Below are positions 51,468 to 60,561 of a stretch of 64,000 bases of DNA, in pieces. The stretch covers positions 1,367,148 through 1,431,147 of the forward strand of contig CAVRVY010000001.1 of NCBI GenBank assembly GCA_963724765.1, given 5' to 3'. Source of the DNA: an uncultured delta proteobacterium. Lineage in GTDB: Bacteria; Desulfobacterota; Binatia; Binatales; Binataceae. The translations under genes were made by a program, and so were the position numbers. Position 1 is the first letter of the stretch. The number at the start of each line of letters is the position of its first letter. The notes beneath the pieces were generated by a model. That model ran no database searches, was not told the origin of the DNA, and was given only the letters and a program-made list of their open reading frames with translations.

Positions 51468-52406
51468 TCAAATCCCGTCGTATAAACTCCAAGCGTGGTC
51501 CCCAGCATTGAAAATCGACAGCTCAGGATCCTTCACCGTCACTCGGCTATAAGGCGCCACCGAGTGGGTAAGCCACACGTTGCCACCGATTACGCTGTGA
51601 TGACCGATGTGCGTGTTGCCTCCTAGAATGGTGGCGTTGGGGTAGACGGTAACGTGATCCTCGATCGTCGGGTGGCGCTTGTTTCCCTGCCCCCGGCGCA
51701 GTTGGCCATTATCGTCCTTGCCGAGCGGATTAAAGGCGCCCAGCGTCACTCCGTGGTACAGGGTTACCCGATTTCCGATGATGGAGGTTTCACCAATCAC
51801 CACGCCTGTCCCGTGATCGATGAAGAATGATTCACCGATGGAAGCTCCAGGGTGAATGTCGATGCCGGTGTGACTGTGCGCGACCTCCGTCATCATGCGG
51901 GGAATGAAGGGAACATCGAACAGGTAGAGGCGATGCGCCAGACGCTGCACGGTGACAGGTTCGATGTAGGGGTAAGCGAGCAGGATCTCCTCAACACTCG
52001 ACGCGGCTGGGTCGTTGTGGTAGGCCGCGTCGATGTCCGTCGAAAGCAGGCGGGCGAGTTCCGGCAACTGCGTGAACAAGCTCTTGTGGACCTCCTCGGC
52101 ATAATGCTCAAGGTCAGAAGGATTTGGCTTACCACTGCGGCGGCACTCAAACCGCACCGCGCGACAAATCTGGTTCGAGAGCAGCGTTTGGATCTCGATC
52201 AAGTGATGACAAGCCAGCGTGCCCGGCACCTCGCGTTCACCGCAGAGGTAGTAAATGGGAAAGAGAATCTCCAGATATCGGCGGCAGAGAGTCTCCACTG
52301 CCTCACGCGTGGGCAAATTGAATTCGCTGCTCTCCTCTCCGGCCAATTGCGCATCCAGATCCGCGCGAAACTCCTGCGCGAGGCACTTCATGTCGTCCGT
52401 ACCCAT
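51468..52406 (-). CDS. cysE: Serine O-acetyltransferase (EpsC type)
   Basis: DPAA...YP, TGIDIHPGA, FFIDHGTGVVIGET, KRHPTIED; start MGTDD at 52406 behind GAGGAG. Confidence 0.93.
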   Translation of the reverse strand: MGTDDMKCLAQEFRADLDAQLAGEESSEFNLPTREAVETLCRRYLEILFPIYYLCGEREVPGTLACHHLIEIQTLLSNQICRAVRFECRRSGKPNPSDLEHYAEEVHKSLFTQLPELARLLSTDIDAAYHNDPAASSVEEILLAYPYIEPVTVQRLAHRLYLFDVPFIPRMMTEVAHSHTGIDIHPGASIGESFFIDHGTGVVIGETSIIGNRVTLYHGVTLGAFNPLGKDDNGQLRRGQGNKRHPTIEDHVTVYPNATILGGNTHIGHHSVIGGNVWLTHSVAPYSRVTVKDPELSIFNAGDHAWSLYDGI

Positions 52407-52476
52407 AGTCGAATCTCCTCGAAAGCTGACTGCAGGGAGCTGATAGCTCACACCACTTCCTTCAGCCTTCGCCTCC

Positions 52477-53430
52477 TCAAATTCCCTCGAACAAGACCGT
52501 GGAGATGTAACGCTCGCCGGAATCGGGCAAAATCACGACAATTGTCTTGCCAGCAAATTCCGCTTGCTTGGCCAGGCGGATGGCAGCGGCCGTCGCAGCG
52601 CCGCACGAAATTCCACTCAGAATACCCTCCTCGCGCGTCAAGCGCCGGGCAAATTCGATGGCCTCGTCGTTTGACACTTGTTCGACGCGATCGACCAGCG
52701 ACAAGTCGAGGGTTTTCGGAATGATGCCAGCGCCGATGCCCTGAATTTTATGCGGCGCGGGCTTCAGTGGCAATCCCTGAAGGTGCTGACTGATAACAGG
52801 GCTCGCGGAAGGCTCAACTCCCACGGAGATGATTTTCTTACCTTTCGTGTTCTTGATAAAGCGCGAAACGCCGGAAATTGTGCCGCCCGTTCCGATTCCG
52901 GAAACAAGCACATCAACCGCGCCCTCGGCATCATTCCAGATCTCCGGTCCAGTGGTTCTCTCATGGATGGCGGGATTCGCTGGATTCTCGAACTGCTGCG
53001 GAAGGAAGTAGTGGGCTGGATCGGATTGGGCGATCTCGGTAGCCCGCCGTATGGCGCCGGGCATACCCTCCGGCCCGGGTGTTAGTACGAGCTTCGCGCC
53101 GAAGGCCGCCAGCACCCGCCGCCGCTCGAGCGACATGGTTTCCGGCATAGTCAGGGTCAGGCTGTAACCCCGCGCCGCAGCCACAAAGGCCAGGGCGATC
53201 CCCGTATTACCACTGGTGGGCTCGATGATTTCCACACCGGGCTTCAAAACACCCCGCTTCTCGGCGTCCAAAACCATCGCGGCGCCAATGCGGTCTTTCA
53301 CCGAATAAGCCGGTCCACGGCCTTCGATCTTGGCCAAGACTGTGGCGGAACTTCCCGAGGCCAGCCGGTTCAATCGCACAAGAGGGGTTCTTCCGATACT
53401 TGCGGCATTGTCTGCAAAGAAATTTGACAT
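52477..53430 (-). CDS. cysK: Cysteine synthase A
   Basis: SVKDRIG (PLP Lys), [32 protein letters not shown]. Confidence 0.95.
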   Translation of the reverse strand: MSNFFADNAASIGRTPLVRLNRLASGSSATVLAKIEGRGPAYSVKDRIGAAMVLDAEKRGVLKPGVEIIEPTSGNTGIALAFVAAARGYSLTLTMPETMSLERRRVLAAFGAKLVLTPGPEGMPGAIRRATEIAQSDPAHYFLPQQFENPANPAIHERTTGPEIWNDAEGAVDVLVSGIGTGGTISGVSRFIKNTKGKKIISVGVEPSASPVISQHLQGLPLKPAPHKIQGIGAGIIPKTLDLSLVDRVEQVSNDEAIEFARRLTREEGILSGISCGAATAAAIRLAKQAEFAGKTIVVILPDSGERYISTVLFEGI

Positions 53431-53812
53431 GAGTTCTCCTCTGAATGAATTGAGTTGTCAGGATTTTACTAAGGTGATTCGCCTTGAAATCCCCGCCCCT
53501 AGGCAGGAACCCAGGCTAACTACAGATGCAGCGAAGGGCGAGATAACGCAAAACCTGGGGGGCGCGCATGCCCGCCGCGGTTAAGGCGTTCTTCCCAGAT
53601 GCGATGGCTAAGTTATGCACAGGACTTCTCTTCCGGCCCACTTTCTCGACTCGAAATCAGGACGCGTCTGATTCGATGCGGGAATTTGCCCACACCAAAC
53701 CCGCCAACCAGAGATATTGGCAATTTGGCAGCCAGACCCGAGCTACACTCCTTCACCTCAACGCAAACTTCTCATGTCCTGCCCAAACCGCGATCCCCCT
53801 CACTGCAGATCT

Positions 53813-54985
53813 TCAGTACTTCGGCACAGAAGGATCGACCTGATCCGACCATGCCAGGATTCCACCCTTCAAGTTATGAATCTTGAGGAACCCGGATTTC
53901 AGCAGCAGGTCCACGGCCTTGGCGCTGCGCATGCCGGACTTGCAATGCACGACGATCTCGTCGGCTGAATTGAGCTCGTTCATCCGCTTGGGCACTTCCC
54001 CAAGGGGGATAAGTTTTGAACCCGGGATGCGGCAAATCTGATATTCGTGGGGTTCGCGCACATCGATCAGGACAAAGGGCTCATGCGCGTCCATTTTCTT
54101 CTTAACTTCTGCCGGAGTAATTTCCGGAATGCCGGTTTGCACAGGGGTATGCTCCTCTCCTCGAATTCCGCAGAACCGCTCGTAATCAATCAGCTTGGTG
54201 ATTGTACGATTCGTCCCGCAGATCGGGCAATCGGGATTTTTGCGCAGCTTCAGCTCGCGAAACTTCATGCCGAGCGCGTCAAACAGCAGCAGGCGTCCAA
54301 CAAGCGAATCTCCCCGCCCTAGAATCAGCTTGATCGTCTCCATCGCCTGGATGCAGCCCATGATTCCAGGCAGCACGCCAAGCACGCCACCCTCGGCGCA
54401 ACTGGGGACCAGGCCAGGAGGAGGCGGTTCCGGATAGAGGCAACGGTAGCACGGGCCTTGCTCGGCGTAGAAAATCGACGCTTGGCCTTCGAAGCGGAAG
54501 ATGCTGGCGTAGACGTTGGGCTTGCCCAGCAAAACGCAGGCGTCGTTTACCAGATAGCGGGTGGGAAAGTTGTCGGTCCCGTCGGCGACGACGTCGTATT
54601 GACGGAAAATGTCTAGCGCGTTGTCGCTGCTCAAGCGCGTTTCAAAGGTCTCGATCTCGACGTTGGGGTTGATTTCCGCTAGCGTGTCGCGCGCGGATTG
54701 AAGCTTGGTACGCCCCACATCGCTGGTCCCGTGTATAACCTGCCGCTGGAGATTGGTGAAATCCACCACATCGAAATCCACCAAACCGAGTTTGCCGACA
54801 CCAGCCGCGCCAAGATAGAGCGACAGGGGCGAGCCTAACCCGCCGGCGCCAATGCACAAGACCTTGGCCTGCTTCAATTTCAGTTGGCCCTCCATGCCCA
54901 CTTCCGGCATGATCAGATGGCGGCTATAACGCAAGATCTCGTCTTTGCTCAATTGTGCGGGTTGAGTCATCGTCGCGGTGCTCAT
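53813..54985 (-). CDS. moeB: MoeB/MoeZ E1-like adenylyltransferase with C-terminal rhodanese
   Basis: RYSRH, GAGGLG, NLQRQ, DGTDNF, CYRC, SCAEGGVLG, CPIC; rhodanese DVRE...HCKSGMRS. Confidence 0.93.
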   Translation of the reverse strand: MSTATMTQPAQLSKDEILRYSRHLIMPEVGMEGQLKLKQAKVLCIGAGGLGSPLSLYLGAAGVGKLGLVDFDVVDFTNLQRQVIHGTSDVGRTKLQSARDTLAEINPNVEIETFETRLSSDNALDIFRQYDVVADGTDNFPTRYLVNDACVLLGKPNVYASIFRFEGQASIFYAEQGPCYRCLYPEPPPPGLVPSCAEGGVLGVLPGIMGCIQAMETIKLILGRGDSLVGRLLLFDALGMKFRELKLRKNPDCPICGTNRTITKLIDYERFCGIRGEEHTPVQTGIPEITPAEVKKKMDAHEPFVLIDVREPHEYQICRIPGSKLIPLGEVPKRMNELNSADEIVVHCKSGMRSAKAVDLLLKSGFLKIHNLKGGILAWSDQVDPSVPKY

Positions 54986-55156
54986 ATTCAGTCCTTCCCT
55001 CTCATAAGAGCTGTCGGTTATCGATTGACCGTCGTCGCCGTCAATGAAACGAGCCTCCTCGAACTAGTTTCGTGCTGGAAGCTGATGGCTGATAGCTGAG
55101 TACTTTTCGGGGATTCGCCCGGGATTCGGCATCCGCTCGACGGGATGGGACCCAGG

Positions 55157-55456
55157 CTAGCTACAGATACATCGGAGGGGAGTGCCGCCGGCGATGGACG
55201 GAACGATGCTGATCACGTCACCTTCTTTCAGCGGGGTCTGGTCCTTTTGCAGGAAGCGAATGTCTTCGTCGCCGACGTAGACATTCACAAAGCTGCGGAG
55301 CTTGCCTTCGTCGTTGTATAGGTGCTTGCGAAGGTCGCTGTATTGCGCGGTGATGGCGCTAAGGGCCTCAGCAACCGTTTTCGCGTTAACTTCCAGCGAC
55401 TCCTTCTTTTCCGCATACTGTCGAAGCGGAGTCGGGATTATTACTTTAACCGGCAT
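55157..55456 (-). CDS. MoaD/ThiS/CysO ubiquitin-like sulfur carrier with 8-residue extension after GG
   Basis: VIIPTPLR, FVNVYVGDEDIR, IVPSIAGG-TPLRCICS*. Confidence 0.9.
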   Translation of the reverse strand: MPVKVIIPTPLRQYAEKKESLEVNAKTVAEALSAITAQYSDLRKHLYNDEGKLRSFVNVYVGDEDIRFLQKDQTPLKEGDVISIVPSIAGGTPLRCICS

Positions 55457-55610
55457 TCAGTCTCCTTAGTCATTTGTGATCCGCGGTTGGTCATTTGCGG
55501 ATAAAACCAGCAGTGAGCCTCTCCCAATAGCCCGCCTGCTAACGTTCCCATATCATCACCGCTTGGCCCCAAAGAATTCGATGCGGCGCAAAGCCAAAGG
55601 ATTCAACGCA

Positions 55611-55727
55611 ATTGGCGATTTGCGAATGGAGGATTGCGATCAAAGAGGATCACCGAGCTTCGCACGAAACACTAAACCAGCAAACACGAATCGTTCAATC
55701 GCCAATCAAAAATCATCAATCACAAAT
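55611..55727. repeat. Inverted arrays of degenerate heptamers
   Basis: ATTGGCG ATTTGCG AATGGAG GATTGCG versus CAATCGC CAATCAA AAATCAT CAATCAC. Confidence 0.65.
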
Positions 55728-56186
55728 GATTGTTTCTGCACCAAAAGCAGACCGATCCTCGGCTAAAACCCAACTCGTCAAGTCTTTTGGAGCGCCCTGC
55801 TCAACTGCAATTATAACATAGGAATACCAGGGCCAAGCGTGTTCACGATCATAGATCGAGGGCCGCGCCGGGTGGTCGGGATGAGAGTGGTAATAACCCA
55901 ATACGTCGAGCCCACGAGCCCGCGCGTCCTTCTCCACGCGCAACTGGTCGAGCGGATCAATCAGGAACCGATTCTTATCCGTTTCCCTGCCCGGGTCGTC
56001 GAGAGGCAAAAGCTCCTGCGCGCGGCCGGGGTCGTGGCGCAAGTTGGTGAGGGGCACAACCTCCGTCACCTGCTTCGAGTCGCCATCCGCCTTGCCCAAC
56101 AGTATTCCACAGCATTCGGTCGGATAGTCTCGCGCCGCGTGCATGCGGATGGATTCCAATTCTTGTTCGTTCAGTCGGAGAGACAT
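55716..56186 (-). CDS. JAMM/Mov34 (M67) metallopeptidase, Mec-like
   Basis: YPTECCG and YHSHPDHPARPSIYD (E...HxH-x7-S-x2-D). Confidence 0.93.
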   Translation of the reverse strand: MSLRLNEQELESIRMHAARDYPTECCGILLGKADGDSKQVTEVVPLTNLRHDPGRAQELLPLDDPGRETDKNRFLIDPLDQLRVEKDARARGLDVLGYYHSHPDHPARPSIYDREHAWPWYSYVIIAVEQGAPKDLTSWVLAEDRSAFGAETIICD

Positions 56187-56192
56187 AGGTTT

Positions 56193-56382
56193 ATCGGGTC
56201 ATCAAGGCATCGGGTCATCGGTTCATTGGATTACCAACGGATTGGCGGATACGGCGGTCCTTGGATAATTGCATGCTGATTGCCGGCCTGCAAGACTGGC
56301 AGTCGAAAATCGGCAATCAGCAATCGGGAATCGAGAATCGAGAATCCAACGACCCGATGACCCGATGGCCAGATGACCCGAT
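56193..56382. repeat. Nested short tandem repeat hairpin (octamer arms plus heptamer array)
   Basis: Left arm ATCGGGTC-type units, right arm GACCCGAT-type units; internal AATCGGC AATCAGC AATCGGG AATCGAG AATCGAG. Confidence 0.75.
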
Positions 56383-56386
56383 CCAC

Positions 56387-57343
56387 TTACTGTCCCTCAT
56401 CCCAAAACCGCTCGCTCAAATACTTGTCGCCGCTGTCGGGGAATACGGTCACCACCACGCCGCGGGTCAATCGATTTGCCACCTTGAGCGCGGCCACCAT
56501 GGCGGCACCCGCCGAGACACCTACCAGCAGGCCTTCCTCGCGGGCGAGTCGCAGGGTCATGATGTGCGCGTCTTCGGTAGCGATCTCCACGTTCGCGTCG
56601 GCCACTGCCGTGTCGTAAATCCCCGGCTTGATCGCGGTGGGCATGTGCTTCATACCTTCCAGTCCGTGAAAGGGCGAGTCCGGCTGGAACGATAAGCATT
56701 GAATGTGAGGATTCAGTTCCTTCAGCCTCCGCGCGGTGCCGATGAACGTACCGCTGGTGCCGAGCCCCGCGACGTAGTGAGTCACGCGGCCTTCCGTCTG
56801 CTCGAATATCTCGGGGGCACTGGTCAAGTAATGGGCGCGCCAGTTGGCGGGGTTATCGTACTGGTTGGCGTAGAAATAGTCGCCGGAGTTCTCCTGGGCC
56901 AGCGTGCGCACACGCCTAATAGCTCCGTCGGAGCCTTCCATCGGGTCGGTATAAACAATCTCCGCGCCGTAGGCTTTTAGAATGCGCTTGCGCTCCTTGC
57001 TCGCGTTCGAGGGCATGCACAGCTTCAGACGGTAATTCTTGGCGGCGCAGATCATCGCGTAGGCGATGCCGGTATTTCCGGAGGTTGAGTCGATCAGGAT
57101 TTTGTCCCGCGACATCAGTCCGGCAGCCTCGGCCTCGCGGATGATATTCAGTGCCGGGCGGTCTTTCACCGAGCCGCCGGGATTCTCCCACTCCGCCTTG
57201 GCGTAAATCTCCACGTCCGGCGACGCGGGCCGTATGCGCGCCAACCGTACCAGTGACGTGTTGCCGATCAGGTCCAGCAGGCCCACCGGCCCGCGCGGTA
57301 TTTTAAAGTTTTGAATGGTTGCCGCCCTTGCGTTTTCTGCCAT
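56387..57343 (-). CDS. cysM: Cysteine synthase B-like PLP enzyme
   Basis: NPGGSVKDRPA, DSTSGNTG, NQYDNPAN, GLGTSGT, FPDSGDKYLS. Confidence 0.88.
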   Translation of the reverse strand: MAENARAATIQNFKIPRGPVGLLDLIGNTSLVRLARIRPASPDVEIYAKAEWENPGGSVKDRPALNIIREAEAAGLMSRDKILIDSTSGNTGIAYAMICAAKNYRLKLCMPSNASKERKRILKAYGAEIVYTDPMEGSDGAIRRVRTLAQENSGDYFYANQYDNPANWRAHYLTSAPEIFEQTEGRVTHYVAGLGTSGTFIGTARRLKELNPHIQCLSFQPDSPFHGLEGMKHMPTAIKPGIYDTAVADANVEIATEDAHIMTLRLAREEGLLVGVSAGAAMVAALKVANRLTRGVVVTVFPDSGDKYLSERFWDEGQ

Positions 57344-57503
57344 CGCTGCAATAGACTTCTTATTCTAGGGGCAGGTTCGGAACTGTGTCAACCTGCGGCA
57401 CTGGGCATAGTAGACGCATTGGATGGTGTAGCGGCGAGTTTACCTCGCCATAGCGCGGCATCGAGCCGCCAAGCCGAACGGAAAGGGATGATGGGGACCA
57501 TCT

Positions 57504-57903
57504 ATGGCAACAAAAGTCGCAACGGCGCAGATCGTGCGAAAGCAGTTTGAGGAAGCCGCTTTCGTGGTAACCGAATTGTCGCCAGGCAAAATCGAGCTCA
57601 AGAAATCAGGTTGTGCCGCTTACTTGGAGAACCGAAGTGGAAAGCTGATTTACTCGGGCACGCCCTACTTGGTCGTCCATGGAATCAATTGCGAACTCGA
57701 GGATCAAGGCTATCAGAAGTTCTGGTACTCAAAGCCGGAGGGCAAGCGCTTTCCCATTCGCAAGGTCGAGCTGGAAACCCTTCACCGCTTCGATGAGGAA
57801 GTCCGGTACATCTCTGGGAATGACAGACCTGTACAACGAGGCGCTGGGATCCACCAACGCCCGAACCGTATACGACCGGCTTACCGGGCGCCCGGACCGC
57901 TAG
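57504..57903 (+). pseudogene. Hypothetical protein with one apparent frameshift near 57812
   Basis: First frame reads to ...EEVRYI; a natural-looking continuation LGMTDLYNEALGSTNARTVYDRLTGRPDR* lies in another frame. Confidence 0.6.
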
Positions 57904-57945
57904 CAGCAATCTCTTTACAACCTCTGACGCTACCGTACGCAGATT

Positions 57946-58896
57946 CTACTTTTCACCAGAATTAGCCTGCGCGGCGGGAGCAGTCCCTGGCCCGGCCGGG
58001 GGCGAAGTCTTAGCCGAAGGCACAACATGCGTCGGCGCACTGGGTTGGTTGACGGAAGCTGTCGAGGCCAACCTCGGAGCAGCATGAGGTTGCGCCCGCG
58101 CTACGGGTGCAGCAGGCTCCGTGGCTGTGGGTGCAATCGCTCTCGAAATGGAAGCTGCGGCAGCGGTCTGCGCGGGCCGAGCGGTATCCGCGGGCCCGGC
58201 TGCGGGCGGTATTCCGGATTTAGCAACAGAATCGCCATTGTGTCCTGATCCGCCCTGACGCTGCGGGGCGGGTTGCGCCGGACGCTCGAACCGTTTCGGA
58301 ACGCGGGGGTCGTGCCGCTCCGCATGCTGAGGCTGCCGCGCGACAGGCCGGAACAGGATCTCGATCTGGACGTTTTCCTGTTGGCCATCCTGAAGCACCA
58401 CCACTTGGTCAAACCCTTCCTGCGGAGCCGTCACCTTGCTCTGCTCAAAGGCCTGATACTGTCGCTCGACGACGGGCCTGCCCACGGAGCGCTCCCGCTT
58501 TTCATCGCGCTCGATGCAGGTCTCTAGCGGCACATTGAAAAGCAACAATGTGGTGGGAACCTGGTACCGCCTTGCCAGGTCGAGCAACTCTCTCCGGTCC
58601 TGCGGCGCGAGCGCGGTGGAATCAATCACACAAAGGCGGTTCAGCGTAAGCCGCTGATCGACGAGGAAGCGCACGAGCGCAAACGCCTGCGCGTTGTAGC
58701 GCTGGTCGCGCTCGTCGTCGGCCACGCGGGCTCGCGCCCAATCGGAAGAAAGAATCTGGGTCGGGCGGAAGTGCCGTTCGGCAAATGTGGATTTTCCGCA
58801 GCCCGCCGGTCCGCAAAGCACGACGATCGACGGCCTCAGGAGGCGAAGTGGTTTCTTGCCGGCATTCTCGGTGCCTGGAACATTTTGAGGGTCCAT
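57946..58896 (-). CDS. P-loop kinase resembling the Pnkp kinase module, with Pro/Ala-rich tail
   Basis: VVLCGPAGCGKSTFAERHFRPTQILSSD...VADDERDQ...AF...RL...VIDST. Confidence 0.8.
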   Translation of the reverse strand: MDPQNVPGTENAGKKPLRLLRPSIVVLCGPAGCGKSTFAERHFRPTQILSSDWARARVADDERDQRYNAQAFALVRFLVDQRLTLNRLCVIDSTALAPQDRRELLDLARRYQVPTTLLLFNVPLETCIERDEKRERSVGRPVVERQYQAFEQSKVTAPQEGFDQVVVLQDGQQENVQIEILFRPVARQPQHAERHDPRVPKRFERPAQPAPQRQGGSGHNGDSVAKSGIPPAAGPADTARPAQTAAAASISRAIAPTATEPAAPVARAQPHAAPRLASTASVNQPSAPTHVVPSAKTSPPAGPGTAPAAQANSGEK

Positions 58897-59075
58897 AAGT
58901 AACTTCGACGTCCGCAACGCCTCTTTGGTTACCTGAGTCCGCGTGGGAAAGCCGAGGTCAGATCAAAATCCGCAAAGTTCCCCGCCGGGGAGCAAGATCA
59001 CTAGCCGTCGGTGAAATCTACGGACAAGGAGTGGCGAGATCCTCGACGCCGCCGTGGTCGAGTGCCCTTAACGAC

Positions 59076-59140
59076 CCCTCACCCCAACTCCCCTCCCCTT
59101 CTTCCCTCTCCCCGGGGAGAGGGGGTGATAGGGTGAGGGG
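59076..59140. repeat. REP-like palindrome (CCCCTCACCC/GGGTGAGGGG with CCCTCTCCCC/GGGGAGAGGG core)
   Basis: Nested inverted repeats in intergenic DNA. Confidence 0.7.
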
Positions 59141-59968
59141 TTTTTCCCAACGGCGGCGGTCAGTGCCCTTTGAGGCGCCAGCCGCCGAAATGCCTCCGGC
59201 TCTGCGCGTACTTGGCCATGCTCCAAGTGACTTATGTTTCATACACTTATTGGGATACGCGCAATATACGCGAAATACTTAAGCTATAAGGCTATTATTT
59301 TCTGCAATTTAACGGGATAGCGGGAATAAAGCGGAAAAGCGGCGACTTTTTGAGGTCAAAAATCGATGCAACTAGGTTTGCTTTCTATAATCAATCGGCT
59401 ATTTACTATAACTATTGTGTTTTCAAACGCTTAGTGGCTTCCAACATTTTGTCCGAAACTTGTCCGTTTGTTTTCATCAACTTATTGGGACCACCCTTTG
59501 TTTTCGATGTTTTTTCTATTTTGGTGAGCTCGCGCGATTGGCATCGATAAAATGTACCTTCGCGCTGGCTTTCGGAGGGCCAATTCGTCCCTTCCTCTCG
59601 CGACTTCCCGCCCGCTAGAGCAACCTTCGCCACCCGGCCCCGGGTGCGCGATCTGACTCAACCAACTGTAAGCTAAGCAATTTTGCCTCCAAACCTAGCG
59701 TCGAGGCCGACAGACTGCCCGATCATCAACGAAAAAGCGAACGGTACTCCTATTTTCTCTCTACGGCGCCCTGCCGCTTTCGGCTCCATTTCACTTGGGC
59801 TGAGGATACTTCGCGGACTTTGCCTGGTGGGAAAGCGCACATTGCTGATCGCTAGCGAAACCTGCGGTATATTGGAAGGGCGACACGGCACTTTCCGGCC
59901 GAGGCTGCGCCACCAATCCTACGGCTGCAGCTCTCGATGTCGCGAACCCGTCATGGGAGGGCAAAGCT

Positions 59969-60370
59969 TTGGCATCAAACATCGTGGCCTTGGTGGACGA
60001 CCTTTTCTTTCTCGCAAAAATCCGGGAGACGGCGAAAGCTACTGATACAACGGTGGTTACGGGAGACCACCGGCGCGGCGTCGCCGCCATTGCCGAGGCT
60101 CAGCCGCAAGCCATCATCATGGACCTCAATTCCCGCGCTCTGCCCGCCGTCGATTGGATTCGAGCGCTTAAGTCTGACCCCTCGACCCGCTCGATTCGTA
60201 TCGTGGCGTTCGCCTCCCACGTCCAGGAGCAGCTCATTTCCGCCGCCCGTGCTGCCGGCTGCGATTCGGTGATGGCTCGCTCGGCGTTCACGCAACAGCT
60301 TCCCAATCTCCTGCGGAGTCTGCGAAGTGACGCGGCGAAACCGGACGAGAGCCGGACGCCTGAATCTTGA
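59969..60370 (+). CDS. Single-domain response regulator (atypical receiver)
   Basis: VALVDD, IIMDLN, IRIVAFASH, AAGCD; conserved Lys position reads Arg; TTG start after GGGAGG. Confidence 0.8.
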   Translation: MASNIVALVDDLFFLAKIRETAKATDTTVVTGDHRRGVAAIAEAQPQAIIMDLNSRALPAVDWIRALKSDPSTRSIRIVAFASHVQEQLISAARAAGCDSVMARSAFTQQLPNLLRSLRSDAAKPDESRTPES

Positions 60371-60377
60371 GAAATGC

Positions 60378-60406
60378 TTGACCCCCTGCGAATCCCGCCG
60401 TACAGT
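60378..60406 (+). promoter_or_regulatory. sigma70-type promoter
   Basis: TTGACC-17 nt-TACAGT upstream of the gene starting at 60562. Confidence 0.5.
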
Positions 60407-60437
60407 CATCTCGCCCATCGGTAGTGAGTAGACTTCG

Positions 60438-60529
60438 CGTAGAGGCGGCTTTACGCCGCCATTTGGCGAGGTAAGCTCGCGCTACGGATCTCGGCGAGGT
60501 GAACTCGGCGAGGTGAACTCGCCGCTACG
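60438..60529. repeat. GTAG-type REP cluster
   Basis: CGTAGAGGCGGC...GCCGCC, GGCGAGGTAAGCTCGCGCTACG, tandem CTCGGCGAGGTGAA x2 then CTCGCCGCTACG. Confidence 0.65.
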
Positions 60530-60561
60530 TGTTTCATCGGTGGACCCATCGAGGAGGAGCC

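Noticed and set aside
52407-52451. N-terminal MSYQLPAVSFR extension of CysE
   Set aside because: It is translated heptamer-repeat DNA; a better start with GAGGAG RBS is at 52406
53431-53812. Possible SAM or other sulfur riboswitch upstream of cysK
   Set aside because: No SAM-I core elements recognised by eye on the coding strand
55600-56385. Repeats as a CRISPR array
   Set aside because: Units are 7-8 nt and degenerate, with no unique spacers and no cas genes
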